From positions 53,518,346 through 53,582,345 of the forward strand of contig NC_068995.1 of NCBI RefSeq assembly GCF_001194135.2: a stretch of 64,000 nt of DNA, given 5' to 3'. The notes under the pieces were generated by a model. That model was given only the letters and a program-made list of their open reading frames with translations, had not been told where the DNA came from and made no database searches. The translations under genes were made by a program, and so were the position numbers. The stretch's first letter is position 1, and each line of letters begins with the position of its first letter. Positions 62,851 through 64,000 of this stretch are shown piece by piece. This stretch comes from Octopus bimaculoides (taxonomy: Eukaryota).

Positions 62851-64000
62851 CAAGTTTTTCCATCTATTGTCAGTAGAAACATATTTAACTATTTACTTAA
62901 TAGCAACTGCATTAATCTCACCAATCTGGGAGAGCTTACAAAGGCACTGGGTACTGCCATCGGTGTTTTCCCTCGAAGCTGCGCGCTTGTATACGTGATC
63001 ATGTTGACTGAAATCGGAATGTTTTAATTGAAGAAATTTGAGCAATAGTTACTTGCTTAGGTGTGCACATACTCTGCAAAGAAAGACAAAACTTTGCTCA
63101 TGATATCACATTTTTGCACACATCAATAACGAAATCTATCCACTCCAACGTCAATCGACGAAATATAACGAGAGAATAAAGGAGTGTCTTCACAATCGCT
63201 GGACATTGTAGAAATAGTTAACGAATCCAATGACATTATGTCCTATCGTCTTAAAAAGGACACCTTGGGAAATGTAATTCTAGATATACAGAGAAACAGA
63301 AATGGGTTGAACATTCTTGATCATACATGTGATCTGTAAAAATTAAAGAAGGAAAACGATAAAATATCAGCAAGGACTAATAAGTAATCGCTTAGCTACA
63401 TAGCTGTCAGTGGTCCAGAGAATTTAACACTTATGTGGTTGTAAGTGTGATATAAGTCAACTTTATGCTGTAAACGGCATCATCAATTATTTCGTTGGCT
63501 TGCTGTGATGTATTAAATTTCTCTAGTAAGGAGAAAAAATATCTCCAACAGAGCATTGCTCTGTCCATTATAAGCTGTGCCACTTACAAGCTTAACCCTG
63601 CAAACACCGGATATACGTACCAACCTTACGAATTTTTGTCATTAAAAGAGATAGAAAGAAAGAGAGAGAGAGAGGGAGAGGGAGAAACAGACAGACGACC
63701 AGTGAGAGAAAACCCACAACAATGAAACGAACAATTAATTTTATTTAAAATGGAAGAGTAAGGACGAAAATATCTCTTGTTAAAGAATAAAAGAAAAACA
63801 CAACGGCGGGTGGATTAAATAAAGACAAAAATAAAGAAAGTATTCAACGGTACTGAAACGTAATTGAGTGGTAACAGTGTTGTACACATGAAATAATAAT
63901 TCCATTTAAAAATATAATAGAAATCGAATAAAGAAATAGTTCTAATGTTTCGTACGCATTCAAATCATTCAATTATGTAAACATACACATTTGGAAACCT

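Overview
Eukaryotic draft-assembly scaffold with 21 N-gaps, most ending in microsatellites. It is AT-rich and saturated with (TA)n, (CA)n, (GA)n, (ATAC)n, (ATCT)n and trinucleotide repeats. The SINE families and repeat landscape look like octopus (coleoid cephalopod) DNA; this is inference from recognising sequence, not a database result. No host protein-coding gene, rRNA, tRNA or CRISPR is supported, and nearly all ORFs in the supplied track are microsatellite or N translations. Recognisable content is transposon debris. DNA transposons: a mariner MITE, separate 5' and 3' mariner transposase fragments, a degenerate DUF4817-type Tc1/mariner, and an internally deleted hAT (Charlie/SPIN-like) element with TIRs and an 8-bp TSD. 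Retroelements: L1/Tx1 and RTE-like LINE fragments, about 25 tRNA-derived SINE copies (working labels A-E, my own), and 3-4 degenerate Penelope-like element (PLE) fragments. The most interesting signal is a set of hammerhead-ribozyme (HHR) motifs: one near-canonical minimal type I HHR (47455-47500), two to three copies of a second variant (46809-46871; 53275-53466), and a young family, seen as two identical gap-adjacent copies, that folds into an HHR-like scaffold but lacks the CUGANGA core (23065-23175; 59351-59441). SINE boundaries are approximate.
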